47,490 bases of DNA from Acidobacteriota bacterium. GTDB taxonomy: Bacteria; Acidobacteriota; UBA6911; JACQSX01. The first letter of the stretch is position 1; every line of letters begins with the position of its first letter. Position numbers and translations under genes: made by a program. The notes below the pieces were generated by a model, which searched no databases, had not been told where the DNA came from, and saw only the letters and a list, made by a program, of their open reading frames with translations. Positions 47,424 through 47,490 of this stretch are shown here, one piece after another. The stretch spans positions 1 through 47,490 of the forward strand of contig DASXQR010000100.1 of the NCBI GenBank assembly GCA_036507075.1, written 5' to 3'.

Positions 47424-47490
47424 ACTTGAAGTATGAAGGCCATCAAAACGGTGCCAGGTGTTGACTCGGTGCTGCCTTCATACTTCAAGT
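47424..47490. repeat. 17-bp perfect inverted repeat ACTTGAAGTATGAAGGC
   Basis: 47424-47440 and 47474-47490; it may continue beyond the window. Confidence 0.75.

Overview
A GC-rich (roughly 55-60%) bacterial chromosomal window, probably Acidobacteriota (inferred from the duplicated MacB/FtsX-type permease and two Acidobacteria-style VWA proteins). In order, it holds the start and left end of an IS481-like element, a sigma54-type HlyD/ABC/permease export operon, VWA and ChaN-like proteins, gcvT-H-PA-PB, an archease-rtcB pair, comEC, purH-gpsA-HD-GYP-coaX, a cold-shock gene, selA, rnr, a LysR regulator, a GAF/HD-GYP protein, ispG, a MOT1-like transporter, and a cobalamin-riboswitch-led btuB/F/C/D-pduO operon. 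The standout signal is rtcB (16345-17781). It is a complete RNA ligase gene with one in-frame TGA exactly at the metal-bridging active-site Cys (GYDIN*GVRL), followed by a SECIS-like hairpin with a GGUCU loop, and selA lies in the same window. This makes it a candidate selenocysteine-containing RtcB. Most longer intergenic spaces carry foldback repeat elements of several families, and many of them supply the C-termini or stop codons of neighbouring genes. All calls come from reading the sequence; no database searches were run.
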